Shown one piece after another: positions 37,565 through 47,786 of a stretch of 64,000 nt of DNA. The translations under genes were made by a program, and so were the position numbers. The stretch is taken from assembly GCA_017541465.1 (NCBI GenBank), contig JAFXYZ010000039.1, forward strand, positions 5,580 to 69,579. The letters run 5' to 3'. Positions within the stretch are counted from its first letter, which is position 1; every line of letters starts with the position of its first letter. The DNA comes from a bacterium (lineage in GTDB: Bacteria; Cyanobacteriota; Vampirovibrionia; Gastranaerophilales; Gastranaerophilaceae). The notes beneath the pieces were generated by a model. It ran no database searches and was not told the DNA's origin. It saw nothing but the letters and a program-made list of their open reading frames with translations.

Positions 37565-39820
37565 ATGACACTAGAAAACATTCTTTTTGATTCCGTCAGA
37601 CAAAATACCCCTGAATATATCAAAAACCTCAGTGTTATTGACCTTGAAAACAAAAATGAATTTGTTTTCAGACTAAAAAAAGAGCACCTGAGAGAATATG
37701 ATGAAAAATTAAACCCTGAAGGACTGAACCTTAATGCCTGGCTTAAAAATTATGAAAAAGAAGCCAGAGTTTCAACGGCAGGGATAAGAGGACCTCAGAA
37801 TGTTTTATGGTGTCAGGATTCAAGATTTCCGATTAATCTCTTCGGAATTTTGCTCTCAACTTATGCAAAAGCCCTTGTTGCAAAAGAAAAGTATCCCTCT
37901 TCCAAAATCTTAAAACTTGCAGGAAGAGAAGTCAGATATAATTCGGATAAATTTTTAGAACTGATAGCCAGAGTTCAGGCTGGGCAGGGTATAGAAACTC
38001 TTACTCCTTTTGAGAGAAAGACAATTCCTATATGGCTTGCTTCCTTTTTAGCCTTTAAACTCGATTTATACGGGGGTGAATATATCACTTCAAGCCATGG
38101 AATAAGTGTTAAAAATGCGACAAAAGACCTCAATAATCAGGGAAGTCAGTATCTTCCCGAAGAATCAATGGCATTTGTAGGCAAGTTAAAAGAAATTTTT
38201 TCGATAGTTGAGGAAAAAGGCTATTATGATATTAAAATCGCTTCTGACAGCGATAAGCTAATAAATGATGAATTTATGAAGTCAATCAATGACGGAATTG
38301 ATTTATATGTTGAATACTTAAAATCAGGTGTTGCGTCTGATAAGAACCTTAATCTGATTAAAACTTTAAAGAATAAAATTGTCGTTGAGTGTGTGGGCGG
38401 AAGCGCTTACAGAACTCTCTCTAAAATCACTCAAAAACTCGGCATTTTTGATAAATTTGACTGGCTTGATACGGAAGAGGATTCCTTCTTCCATTCAATA
38501 GGCAAGGTTATGAAAAACGGTGAGCTGTATGATTATTCCGTTGATGCTACGGTTATGGCAAAAGATGATAGCGGAAAAGAGATTTTTCCCGTCATTGAAA
38601 CAATGAACTATAAAGAGAGATTAAAGAATTATCCCCTCTCAACCGTTGTTTTAATTACCGATCCCGACAATGACAGGCTCACTGTATGCCAGATAGAGAG
38701 CAAAAACGCAATTCGGAAACTCGAGAAACTCGGAATAAACTACTCTGAGCTCGACGGGGACAGAATTTTGTGTGTATATAGTGCAAACCAGTCCTTCCTT
38801 CTGATTATGGACTACTGGCTTCAGTCGTTGAAAAATGAGGGTAAATTAAATAATCACCCGAGATTTATAATTAAAACCACTGCAAGCTCAAAAGCCTGGG
38901 ACGAATGGGCGAAGGCAAACGGGGTAAAATCGGTTAATGTTCCCGTAGGGTTTAAAGAAATTGCATCGGTTATCAAAAAAGTCGAAAAACAGATTAAGGA
39001 TAATCCTTCAAAATCAGTTGTCGTTACTGATGTTTACGGAAATGATATTGATTTGGGCATAAACCCGAGGCTCATCTTCGCAGGCGAAGAATCGGGCGGA
39101 ATGATTATAGGACCTGAAGAGTTAATTGAGTCAAAGGGCGGAAGAAAAGCCTTAGCGATGAGAGAAAAGAGTGCAGCCGAGGCTATTTTGGTTTCCTCGG
39201 CTTTAGCAAAAGTGCTTGAAAACCACTCAGAGCTTCTCTCTGACCATTTAAACAAAATTTTTGAAGATAACAAAATTATCTCTAAATTTGATGTAAGGGT
39301 AGATATTTCCTATTATAACGAAACAGAGCCGAACATTGAAAAACTAATGGCGGCAAAGAAGGAAGGGGAGGAAAAGAGAACGAAAAATGATTTATTCTTC
39401 CTCACTCTTGCTATTGCGAAATTTGAGAATAAAATTTCGGTTGATGATGTTCGGGAAATATTTAAATCAACCTTCCCTGAGCTCAATTTTGATAATTTAA
39501 CGGATATTAAGTTTACGGGTGATGGTACATATCTCGATTTTACCGATAAATTTATAGAAATTCGTCCCTCAGGAACTGACGCTAAGACAAAAGGCTACGG
39601 CGGCGGTGAGAATAAGGCTGATTTAATAAAATTTGCTTCTGTTCTCGGAAATTATTCAGGGGATAAGAACAGTAAATATATTGCCTTAATTAGTGAAGAT
39701 TATTACAATAGTTCTAAGAAAAAGTCGATTGAAATTTATGATGGTTTTTCATCTAAAGATGAGGACAGAACAGAGTTTCAGATTCCCGACTATTTAAAGA
39801 CTTTGGGATTAAGAGAGTAA
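37565..39820 (+). CDS. alpha-D-phosphohexomutase (phosphoglucomutase-like) superfamily protein, divergent
   Basis: 'STAGIRG', 'ITSSHG' in the phosphoserine-loop position, 'TDPDNDR' in the metal loop, 'GEESGG' and 'RPSGTDAK'. At 751 aa it is longer than typical family members. Confidence 0.6.
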   Translation: MTLENILFDSVRQNTPEYIKNLSVIDLENKNEFVFRLKKEHLREYDEKLNPEGLNLNAWLKNYEKEARVSTAGIRGPQNVLWCQDSRFPINLFGILLSTYAKALVAKEKYPSSKILKLAGREVRYNSDKFLELIARVQAGQGIETLTPFERKTIPIWLASFLAFKLDLYGGEYITSSHGISVKNATKDLNNQGSQYLPEESMAFVGKLKEIFSIVEEKGYYDIKIASDSDKLINDEFMKSINDGIDLYVEYLKSGVASDKNLNLIKTLKNKIVVECVGGSAYRTLSKITQKLGIFDKFDWLDTEEDSFFHSIGKVMKNGELYDYSVDATVMAKDDSGKEIFPVIETMNYKERLKNYPLSTVVLITDPDNDRLTVCQIESKNAIRKLEKLGINYSELDGDRILCVYSANQSFLLIMDYWLQSLKNEGKLNNHPRFIIKTTASSKAWDEWAKANGVKSVNVPVGFKEIASVIKKVEKQIKDNPSKSVVVTDVYGNDIDLGINPRLIFAGEESGGMIIGPEELIESKGGRKALAMREKSAAEAILVSSALAKVLENHSELLSDHLNKIFEDNKIISKFDVRVDISYYNETEPNIEKLMAAKKEGEEKRTKNDLFFLTLAIAKFENKISVDDVREIFKSTFPELNFDNLTDIKFTGDGTYLDFTDKFIEIRPSGTDAKTKGYGGGENKADLIKFASVLGNYSGDKNSKYIALISEDYYNSSKKKSIEIYDGFSSKDEDRTEFQIPDYLKTLGLRE

Positions 39821-39838
39821 AGAGAGGAGATCAGAAAA

Positions 39839-40084
39839 ATGAGTGAAGAACCTAATGTTTTGGCGCTGATTAACAGAAGTGCAACGGAAAGACTTCAGGT
39901 TAGCATAAATTCTTATAAAGATAAAAAATATCTTGATATGAGAATATATTTTACAACAGATGACGGAATGAACTGGAACCCGACCAAAAAAGGTGTTACG
40001 GTTTCCCCCGATCACCTGGTTGAATTTAAAGATGCAATTGAAGCTGCTATTGCGGAATTGTGTCCTGACAGTGACGCTGAGTAG
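39839..40084 (+). CDS. PC4/YdbC-like single-stranded-DNA-binding fold protein
   Basis: 81 aa with a strong RBS. 'LQVSINSYKDKKYLDMRIYFTTDDGMNWNPTKKGVTVSPDHL' matches the PC4-like pattern. Confidence 0.55.
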   Translation: MSEEPNVLALINRSATERLQVSINSYKDKKYLDMRIYFTTDDGMNWNPTKKGVTVSPDHLVEFKDAIEAAIAELCPDSDAE

Positions 40085-42559
40085 ATGAGCGAAAAAACTC
40101 AAAATAACGATAAAATTAATGAACCGGGCATATTGAAGAAATATGCCCAGGTTCTTGTTTGCGTTTCTCATCTTGAAATGAGAACCTATTCCTACCTTAT
40201 TCCTGACAGTTTAAAGCCGATAATCAAAATCGGTCAGCCTGTTTTGGTTAATTTCGGGAGGCAGGGAACAGTTCTTGCGGTTGTTGTCGGTTTCTCTGAT
40301 TATCTTGAGGAGGGAATTAAGGCTAAAGAAATAATTGAGATAGCAGACGAGAAGGAAATTTTTCCTCTTTCCTATCTCAAACTTCTTGAATGGTGCTCTC
40401 AATACTACCTGACTAATTTTTCAACTGTTTTTCAGTGTGCAGTTCCGATGAAGTTTTTAAAAAATGTTAAAAAGAGTGTTTCTCTTCTTCTCTATGACTA
40501 TTCACCGAAACAAAACAGTTTGGAAGAAAAAATTCTTTTGTATTTAAAAGAAAAAAACGGTTATGCACTCCTTTCTTCCGCTTTAAAATCGGTTAAAGCC
40601 ACTCAAAATAAGGTTTATTCCGCCCTCAGAAAATTAAAAGATAAAAATGTTATTGAAATAAAGGAAATAGATGCTGAAGCCGCTCAAAAGACAAAGACAG
40701 AGAAGTATTTAATCTTTAAAACAAAGGAAAATGCACCCAAACGGCAGGCAGAAATATTAGAAAAACTGGAAAAATTAAAAGAAGCACCTTTAATTGAGTT
40801 TGAAAAGGAAGCAAAGACAACAAGAGCGACCGTAAAAAAACTTGCAGAGCTCGGATTTATTGAAATAGAAGAGAGAGAAGTTTACAGAAATCCTCTTGAT
40901 ATCTATAAAATATCGGAAAAAGAAAGTTTTCCTCCTTTGTCTTCAGAGCAAAAGCAGGTTTATGAGGCTTTAAAACTCAAACTTCAGGAGGGCAGGGGGG
41001 AATATCTTCTTCACGGTGTTACCGCTTCAGGGAAAACAGAAATTTATTTTAATCTCATTAAAGATGTTCTTGAGAGCGGAAAAAATGTTCTTTTTCTTGC
41101 CCCCGAAATTGCACTTGCTTCACAACTGACAATAAGAACGGTAAAAAGATTTTCGCAGTATCAAACGGCACTTTGGCACAGCAGTATCTCTGAGGGCGAG
41201 AGGTATGATGTCTGGAACAAGCTCAAAAATAATGAGATACGAATTTTAATCGGGGCGAGGTCTGCGGTGTTTGCTCCATTGAAAAATATCGGCTTGATAA
41301 TTATGGATGAAGAACACGAGGGGAGTTTTAAACAAACAACTCCTGCTCCGAGGTACAGTGCAAAAGAAGTCGCAAAGAAGCTCTCTGAAATTTATTCAGC
41401 TCCCCTTATTTTAGGAAGTGCAACACCTGATGTTTCCTCATATTATCTTGCAAAAACTTCGGGGAATCTTTATGAACTCAAAAACAGGTATAATAACGTT
41501 GAGCTTGCAAAAGTTTCTATTGTTGATATGAGAGAGGAATTTCACAAGGATAAGCCAAGTATTCTCTCAAGAACTTTAATCAGAGAGTTAGAACAGAATT
41601 TAAAGGATAAAAAACAGTCTTTAATTTTAATTAACAGAAGAGGGTTTACGACTTATACTCAGTGTATGAGCTGCGCTGAGCCCATAAGATGCCCTAATTG
41701 TGATGTTACTATGGTTTATCATAAATCAGAGGGGAAATTAAAATGCCACTGGTGTGACTATGAAACTCCCATGCCCTCTTCCTGCCCAAAGTGCCACAGC
41801 TCCGAGCTGAGAACTTTAGGAGTCGGGACTGAGAGAATAGAGGATATTTTGGCTAAATTCTTCCCTGAGGCCCGAATTGCAAGGCTTGACTCTGATGCCA
41901 TGAGCACAAAAACAGGGTATATCGAAATTTTAAAAGATTTTTCCGAACAAAAAACAGATATTTTAATCGGAACCCAGATGATAGCAAAAGGGCTTGATAA
42001 CGAAAATGTCACTCTTGTCGGTGTTATTGACTCTGATTTAGGCATAATGCTTCCTGACTTCAGAGCATCAGAGCGCGGGTTTCAGTTATTAATGCAGGTT
42101 GCGGGAAGAGCGGGAAGAGGTAATTTTAAGGGAAGAGCGATTTTTCAGACCTATAACCCCGAATTTTATGCTATTTCAACCGCCTGCAAACAGGATTACG
42201 AGTCTTTTTATAAAACTGAAATTCATTTAAGGGAATGCTTTGACTATCCTCCGTTTTCCCAGATTTACAAATTTGTTGTTTCCTCTCAGAATGAAGATAG
42301 GGCGCAACTTTGCGCCGAGCAGATAACGGAATATTTTAAAAGAATTGTTGAGGATAAAGGGTTAAAGGAATATATTATTGTGCTTGGCCCTGCGAAGTGC
42401 GTTATTTCTAAATTAAACAGGGAATACAGGTTTAATTTTGTCATCAAAAATAAACTTTCACACAGGGGGCAAAGACTTATTAATTCTATTTATAAGACAA
42501 TTAAGCCTGCCTCCGATATAAAAATTATCGCAGATGTTAATCCTCTTGATATGATTTAG
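40085..42559 (+). CDS. priA: primosomal protein N' (replication restart helicase PriA)
   Basis: 'GVTASGKTE', 'IMDEEHE', the Cys-rich insert 'CMSCAEPIRCPNCDV..CHWCDY..CPKCHS' and 'QVAGRAGRG'. The ATG directly abuts the upstream stop codon. Confidence 0.9.
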   Translation: MSEKTQNNDKINEPGILKKYAQVLVCVSHLEMRTYSYLIPDSLKPIIKIGQPVLVNFGRQGTVLAVVVGFSDYLEEGIKAKEIIEIADEKEIFPLSYLKLLEWCSQYYLTNFSTVFQCAVPMKFLKNVKKSVSLLLYDYSPKQNSLEEKILLYLKEKNGYALLSSALKSVKATQNKVYSALRKLKDKNVIEIKEIDAEAAQKTKTEKYLIFKTKENAPKRQAEILEKLEKLKEAPLIEFEKEAKTTRATVKKLAELGFIEIEEREVYRNPLDIYKISEKESFPPLSSEQKQVYEALKLKLQEGRGEYLLHGVTASGKTEIYFNLIKDVLESGKNVLFLAPEIALASQLTIRTVKRFSQYQTALWHSSISEGERYDVWNKLKNNEIRILIGARSAVFAPLKNIGLIIMDEEHEGSFKQTTPAPRYSAKEVAKKLSEIYSAPLILGSATPDVSSYYLAKTSGNLYELKNRYNNVELAKVSIVDMREEFHKDKPSILSRTLIRELEQNLKDKKQSLILINRRGFTTYTQCMSCAEPIRCPNCDVTMVYHKSEGKLKCHWCDYETPMPSSCPKCHSSELRTLGVGTERIEDILAKFFPEARIARLDSDAMSTKTGYIEILKDFSEQKTDILIGTQMIAKGLDNENVTLVGVIDSDLGIMLPDFRASERGFQLLMQVAGRAGRGNFKGRAIFQTYNPEFYAISTACKQDYESFYKTEIHLRECFDYPPFSQIYKFVVSSQNEDRAQLCAEQITEYFKRIVEDKGLKEYIIVLGPAKCVISKLNREYRFNFVIKNKLSHRGQRLINSIYKTIKPASDIKIIADVNPLDMI

Positions 42560-42562
42560 AGG

Positions 42563-43567
42563 TTAAATTTTAACCCTGTAGAGCGGTTTGATAAGTTTAA
42601 TCTGGCACTCTGATGCTACTCCTCCGGGCGGGCAGTATGTATATTTTGAATACCCGGCAGCAGTGCAGCCGTAACCTTTGAAGTCTGTATCATCGCCGTT
42701 TTTAAAGCAATAAGCCTTCCTGTAATCGTAGGTACTGGTGTTATCAACCGGATTAAGCGGGCTTGCAATTCCGAAACCGCATACTCCTGTTCCGCCGCCT
42801 GATGTTGCGTTTTGTCTTTGGTTATTTTGGTATTCTGTGTATGTACCTGCGTTAGAGCAGCCTGTTGCTAAATGTGCATGCGCATCAGCGGGAGTTTCAT
42901 CGTAGAAATATGCGTCCATTCTTGCATTGATGTAGTCTCTGCTTGTTGCTGCAATACCAATCGGGAAAACTCTGCCGTCATCGAGAAGAATGAAATAAAT
43001 CAAATCGGCAGGTCTGTTCCCCGGGGCGTTCGGATAGGGATCGGCAAGGTTGGGTTTCTTTTTACCGGTCATGTCTATACCGATAACCCTGTAACCGTAT
43101 TCCGTTGAAACATTATCATCCTGTGCCTGGTGAGAAGAAAGGTAATATCTGTGCCCGTTTGTTGTATAAGCATTTGGTGAATCAACATTAATTGAAGCAA
43201 GTTTGTAGGTCAGAGGATTTCCTGCTGTCTGTTTTGATACATTTAAAAATGAACTGCAGTTAGGGGTTCCAACAGTGTTCATTGCGTCAAAGAAATTTTT
43301 GCAGAATTCTGAGTCAGTTGTGTTAAAAATCTGCCTGCCGCTATCATCAAGTATTGTTGCATGAATATTCGTTCCGCTTTCTTCAACAAAGTGTCCGCTC
43401 ATTAATTCCTGAGACAGTGCATTGAGCGATTCAAAGGCAGCATAACCGAGTGTCGTATATTGACGTGCAACCGTCTTATGGACAGGTATATAAAACAGCA
43501 TAATCACACTGATAATCGTCAGCGAAATCATAACCTCTGAGAGTGTAAACCCTTTAAACTTTTTCAT
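42563..43567 (-). CDS. prepilin-type N-terminal domain protein (large pilin-like)
   Basis: 'MKKFKGFTLSEVMISLTIISVIML' and internal 'GIDMTGKKKPN...DLIYFILLDDGRVFP'. The C-terminal region is Cys-rich. Confidence 0.75.
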   Translation of the reverse strand: MKKFKGFTLSEVMISLTIISVIMLFYIPVHKTVARQYTTLGYAAFESLNALSQELMSGHFVEESGTNIHATILDDSGRQIFNTTDSEFCKNFFDAMNTVGTPNCSSFLNVSKQTAGNPLTYKLASINVDSPNAYTTNGHRYYLSSHQAQDDNVSTEYGYRVIGIDMTGKKKPNLADPYPNAPGNRPADLIYFILLDDGRVFPIGIAATSRDYINARMDAYFYDETPADAHAHLATGCSNAGTYTEYQNNQRQNATSGGGTGVCGFGIASPLNPVDNTSTYDYRKAYCFKNGDDTDFKGYGCTAAGYSKYTYCPPGGVASECQIKLIKPLYRVKI

Positions 43568-44558
43568 ATATGTAATCCTTTAATAATAATTCTAAACAAT
43601 TCCTGTAAGTCGGTACTTTTATTATATCATTTTTTTTGTTGATGACCTCACTTGTAACATTTAGTATTGTTTTATTTTCCTCAACTGCAAAAACGGGTAT
43701 CTTTGCGGTTATTGAATCTAGCACACAGGATGCTCCGAGTGAATTATACGGCATTATCACTCCTTTCAGCTGATGCCTGTGTATATACTCTTCCCGTATT
43801 CCTTCAAAAATTAACGGGGCATTCTCTAAACCTAGCAAAAGGCAGGGAAGAAAAGTCGGTGTTATGTATTCCGCTGCAACTTTTTCGCTTACTATATCTT
43901 TTGTTATCTCTATGTTTTCAAAAGCAGGGGCATGCACAACGGGTGTCATAAGTTCTGAGGTCAGATAGTGGGAAATTATTGCCTCAACACCCCCTACAAT
44001 ATCAACGTCGTTGCCGTTAATGTAATCGTCTTCGGGCGGTTCATCAAATTTGCATACAACGGCAAGTGCCTGAGCACCTCTGTCGAGCAATTTTTTTCCG
44101 GCTTTCAGAAGTGTCTGAGGGTTTAAAACTCTTCCCGAGGAAATTCTCTCTTTTGTGTTGAAAAACTCAACTCCCGCTTCTTCTTCGCTGATTTCATACC
44201 CTATTATATCCGTACCGTAAACAGTTTTGACTGCGTTCATGGTGTTAATGTGGACATTTCTTATCCCTTCAGAGATTCCTTTATCGAAAATAACCCCGAT
44301 TTTGTTGTGACGGGAGGGCTTTAAACTAATTTCTCCCTTCATAAACCTGTCAAAAGCGGAGCCCTCGCAATAGAGCATATTTTCTTTTATTCCCGAAAAA
44401 CAGGCAGCATTAACAACATTCGGGTTTACTATAACATTAAAGTATTCGCTGAATTTTCTTGCCCAATATGACGCATCGCCTGCGAAACCGCCTATAGATG
44501 CACCAATTCCTGTCGGAACTATCATTGAAATCAGCTCTTTTTTATTGTCGTTTATCAT
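43554..44558 (-). CDS. conserved hypothetical protein (resembles DUF3326 family)
   Basis: 'IVPTGIGASIGGFAGDAS' N-terminal motif, recalled from a family conserved in cyanobacteria and plastid-bearing organisms. No signal peptide. Confidence 0.45.
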   Translation of the reverse strand: MINDNKKELISMIVPTGIGASIGGFAGDASYWARKFSEYFNVIVNPNVVNAACFSGIKENMLYCEGSAFDRFMKGEISLKPSRHNKIGVIFDKGISEGIRNVHINTMNAVKTVYGTDIIGYEISEEEAGVEFFNTKERISSGRVLNPQTLLKAGKKLLDRGAQALAVVCKFDEPPEDDYINGNDVDIVGGVEAIISHYLTSELMTPVVHAPAFENIEITKDIVSEKVAAEYITPTFLPCLLLGLENAPLIFEGIREEYIHRHQLKGVIMPYNSLGASCVLDSITAKIPVFAVEENKTILNVTSEVINKKNDIIKVPTYRNCLELLLKDYIYEKV

Positions 44559-45235
44559 TCAAAATCTATCGCTTCATTAACATTGAGCACTGTGCAGGTC
44601 TGCCCCTGAGCCTCTATCAGTTCTTTAAATTCGTTAATATTGACCTGTATCTGAGGGAAGGTGTTGTAGTGCATCGGGATAATTTCCATTGAATAGAGAA
44701 GTTTTGCCGCTTCTGCCGCTTCTTTAATTCCCATTGTGTAGTAACCGCCGACAGGAAGAAGTGCGTAGTAGGGCTGATACTGTTCTCTTATTATCTTCAT
44801 CTCTGCGCTGAGAGAAGTGTCCCCTGCGTGGTAGATAGAGGTGTTGTCAATATTTAATATGACACCTGCCGCTAAACCGCCATAAGGAAGTTCAGGGTTA
44901 GAGCTTGTGTGGATAGCGGGTACAAATCTAAATGAGCCCCATTCTGTTTCTATCTCTGCGCCTATCCCGACACCTATTGCCTTTGCGCCTTTTTCTGCAC
45001 AATAGTTCGCGAGCTCAAAAACGGCATAAATCTTAGCACCTGTTGCTATTGAAATAGGAATAGCATCGCCGAGGTGGTCCATGTGTGCGTGGGTAACAAA
45101 AATATGGGTTATTTTTTCTGTTCTCCAGTCAAAATTTGCCTTCGGATTTCCCGATAAAAACGGATCTATTAAAATACCAAAACTGCCGCTTTTAATATAA
45201 AAAGCACTGTGCCCTAAATATCTGAGTTCGCTCAT
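44555..45235 (-). CDS. UPF0173-type metallo-beta-lactamase-fold hydrolase
   Basis: 'LGHSAFYI..ILIDPFLSGNP' and 'THAHMDHLGD'. Confidence 0.78.
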   Translation of the reverse strand: MSELRYLGHSAFYIKSGSFGILIDPFLSGNPKANFDWRTEKITHIFVTHAHMDHLGDAIPISIATGAKIYAVFELANYCAEKGAKAIGVGIGAEIETEWGSFRFVPAIHTSSNPELPYGGLAAGVILNIDNTSIYHAGDTSLSAEMKIIREQYQPYYALLPVGGYYTMGIKEAAEAAKLLYSMEIIPMHYNTFPQIQVNINEFKELIEAQGQTCTVLNVNEAIDFE

Positions 45236-45292
45236 ATCTTCTCCTTTTTTACTGTTTTATTATAGCAAATTATGAGCGAATTTGCACAGTTT

Positions 45293-46960
45293 TTATACAT
45301 TTATGGTGTTTTTTTCCAAGAGTCCTTTTGCAAAACTCATGGACTGGTCGTTTATCTCACCTGCCGCCAAAAGGGCTATCGCTTTTACCCTGTTCTCGCC
45401 TCTCAGGTTATAAACTTTTACTTCTGTTGTCGCGTTTTGGTCTTTAACTACATAAAAATGCTCTGTTGCCTTTGCTGCAACTATAGGCTGGTGGGTTATC
45501 ATCATAACCTGATGATATTTTGAAAGTTCACTTATGCTGTCCGCTACCGCCTGGGCTGCTTTTCCCGAAATTCCCGTATCTATTTCGTCAAAAATAACCG
45601 TTGAAGTGTTGTCGGTGTGCGCAAAAACAGTCTTTAGCGCGAGCATAATTCTTGATATTTCGCCCCCGGATGCTACTTTTATCATCGGCTTCGGTTCCTC
45701 TGAGACGTTTGTTGAAACCAGAAATTCTACTTTATCCTCTCCGAGTTCATTAAGGGTGCAGGATTCAAGGTCTATAACAAACCGGACTTTGGGCAGGTCA
45801 AGTTTTTCAAGCTCTTCTTCAACGGGCTTTTGAAGTCTTAAAGCCGTTTCTTTTCTCATCTCAGTCATCTTCGCAGAGAGAGTTTTGAGTTCCCCGAGTT
45901 TTTCCTGTTTTAATTTTTCCAGTCTTTCTCTGTTTTCCTGAGAATTATCAATTCCTTCAAGCTCTGTCTTCATCTGAGAGAGGTTTTCCAGGACTTTCTC
46001 TAAACTTCCGCCATATTTTCTTTTTAGTTTTTCAAGTTCATATAATCTTTCCTGGACTGCATTTATCCTCTCTTCATCCGCTTCTTTTGAGTCTGAATAA
46101 TCTCTGAGCCTTGTTGCTATATCCTTTAATTGCTCCTGAATGTTTGTTAATTCCTCTTCCATAGGGGAAACAGAAGAATCAAGCTGAGAGAGTTTTGAGA
46201 TGTTCATTTTAATCTCAGAGAGAGAATCGGTTATATTTTTTTCGTCACCATACAGCGCCCAGTAGGAAGAATAAGAGTATTCTTTCAGTTTTTCCGCGTT
46301 AGTGAGAAGTTCCAATTCCTCTTTTAAATTCTCATCTTCATTTTTATCTTCTACCCCGACCGAGGTGATTTCATCTATCTGAAACTTTAAAAACTCTATT
46401 TGCTGCTCAGTCAGAGTTGCGGCATTTTGCACTTTATCCAGAGTATTTGAAATATCGAGGTATTCCTGATAATTTTTTTTATATTTGTTCAAAATTTCTT
46501 TAAAAGTATCGTCTGCGTAATTATCCAGGAGGTTTATATGTGATTTTGGCTTTAAATAATTGAAATTCTGATGCTGGGTGTGAATGTCAATCAAATACTC
46601 CCTTATCTCTTTTATAAAATCCTGGGTAACCAGAACACCGTTGATTCTTGAGCGGGAAGAGGTCGGAAGTATTTCTCTTGAGATTATGAGTTCCTCCCCA
46701 AGGTCATCTATTCCGTTTTCGGAGAGCTTTTGTCTGTCAAAATTGTCGTTCAGAGTGACGCAAAGCTCAATATAAGCCTTTTCCTGCCCTGTTTTTATTA
46801 CTTCTTTTGTTACTTTTGAGCCGAGAGCAACGTCAACCGCGCTTATAATAATACTTTTCCCCGCTCCAGTTTCCCCTGTAAAGGCGGTAAAGCCCTCTTT
46901 AAACTCCAGAGAGAGACTGTCGATTAAAATATAATTCTTTATTTTTATTGATTTCAGCAA
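45293..46960 (-). CDS. recN: DNA repair protein RecN
   Basis: 'FTGETGAGKSI', a long coiled coil, 'ASGGEISR' and 'IFDEIDTGISG'. Confidence 0.92.
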   Translation of the reverse strand: MLKSIKIKNYILIDSLSLEFKEGFTAFTGETGAGKSIIISAVDVALGSKVTKEVIKTGQEKAYIELCVTLNDNFDRQKLSENGIDDLGEELIISREILPTSSRSRINGVLVTQDFIKEIREYLIDIHTQHQNFNYLKPKSHINLLDNYADDTFKEILNKYKKNYQEYLDISNTLDKVQNAATLTEQQIEFLKFQIDEITSVGVEDKNEDENLKEELELLTNAEKLKEYSYSSYWALYGDEKNITDSLSEIKMNISKLSQLDSSVSPMEEELTNIQEQLKDIATRLRDYSDSKEADEERINAVQERLYELEKLKRKYGGSLEKVLENLSQMKTELEGIDNSQENRERLEKLKQEKLGELKTLSAKMTEMRKETALRLQKPVEEELEKLDLPKVRFVIDLESCTLNELGEDKVEFLVSTNVSEEPKPMIKVASGGEISRIMLALKTVFAHTDNTSTVIFDEIDTGISGKAAQAVADSISELSKYHQVMMITHQPIVAAKATEHFYVVKDQNATTEVKVYNLRGENRVKAIALLAAGEINDQSMSFAKGLLEKNTINV

Positions 46961-46964
46961 CTCT

Positions 46965-47780
46965 CTAGCCTTTCCAGGACATTCCCCAGTATAATTTTTC
47001 TCTTAAAATCGAATAAAAAGAGCCTTTGTTTGAGTTTAAAAGCAGCAGTTTCGCCTTTTTATCGTTTTCAAAAATATCAATTTTGGTGCTGCTCGGGACA
47101 GTCAGAGACTTTTGTCCGTCTGCCGTTATTCTGAGTCTTGTTTTTTCGGTTGTTAAAATAGTTATTTTTTCTTTTGCAGGTACAACCAAAGGTCTTGCCG
47201 TCATTGTGTGAGGGCAAATAGGAATTATTACCATAGCCTCTAAACTCGGTTCTACAACAGGACCTCCGGCAGACAGAGTATAGGCGGTTGAACCTGTCGG
47301 GGTTGCGATGATGATTCCGTCAGCGAGGTAGTCGCAAACACTCTGGTCGTTTATCTGTACGCAAAGTCTTGAAGTTCTTGAAAAGGTGTTTCCCCTGATT
47401 ACAATATCATTCAGGGCGCAGATGTTGTTTATGGTCTTTAGCATTAACCTCTCATCTATCCTGTAATCGCCTGAATTTATGCTCTCAATGGTTTTATCCA
47501 GCTCTGATAATTTAGCCTGGGAAAGAAACCCGAGCCTTCCTAAGTTTATCCCGACAATCGGAATATCAAACCTTGAACAGTATCTCGCCGTTTTTAAAAT
47601 ACTGCCGTCACCGCCTAAAACAACCGCAAGCGAAATATCCGATTCAATATCGTCTGTTGTCATCGGTTTTGCGTTTAAATCGTGTTTTTTAAAGCACAAA
47701 ACAGCTTCATCAAGCGCATTTGCCGATTTTACACTTTCCTTGTTATAAATAAGTCCGATATTTTTTAATATTTCGTTCAT
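46965..47780 (-). CDS. nadK: NAD kinase
   Basis: 'GGDGSILK', 'NLGRLGFL' and 'ATPTGSTAYTLSAGGP'. Confidence 0.88.
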   Translation of the reverse strand: MNEILKNIGLIYNKESVKSANALDEAVLCFKKHDLNAKPMTTDDIESDISLAVVLGGDGSILKTARYCSRFDIPIVGINLGRLGFLSQAKLSELDKTIESINSGDYRIDERLMLKTINNICALNDIVIRGNTFSRTSRLCVQINDQSVCDYLADGIIIATPTGSTAYTLSAGGPVVEPSLEAMVIIPICPHTMTARPLVVPAKEKITILTTEKTRLRITADGQKSLTVPSSTKIDIFENDKKAKLLLLNSNKGSFYSILREKLYWGMSWKG

Positions 47781-47786
47781 AAAAAA

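Noticed and set aside
39809-40171. 120-aa minus-strand ORF spanning the PC4-like/priA junction.
   Set aside because: It is antisense to two well-supported genes and its translation is Phe/Ile/Arg-rich low-complexity sequence.
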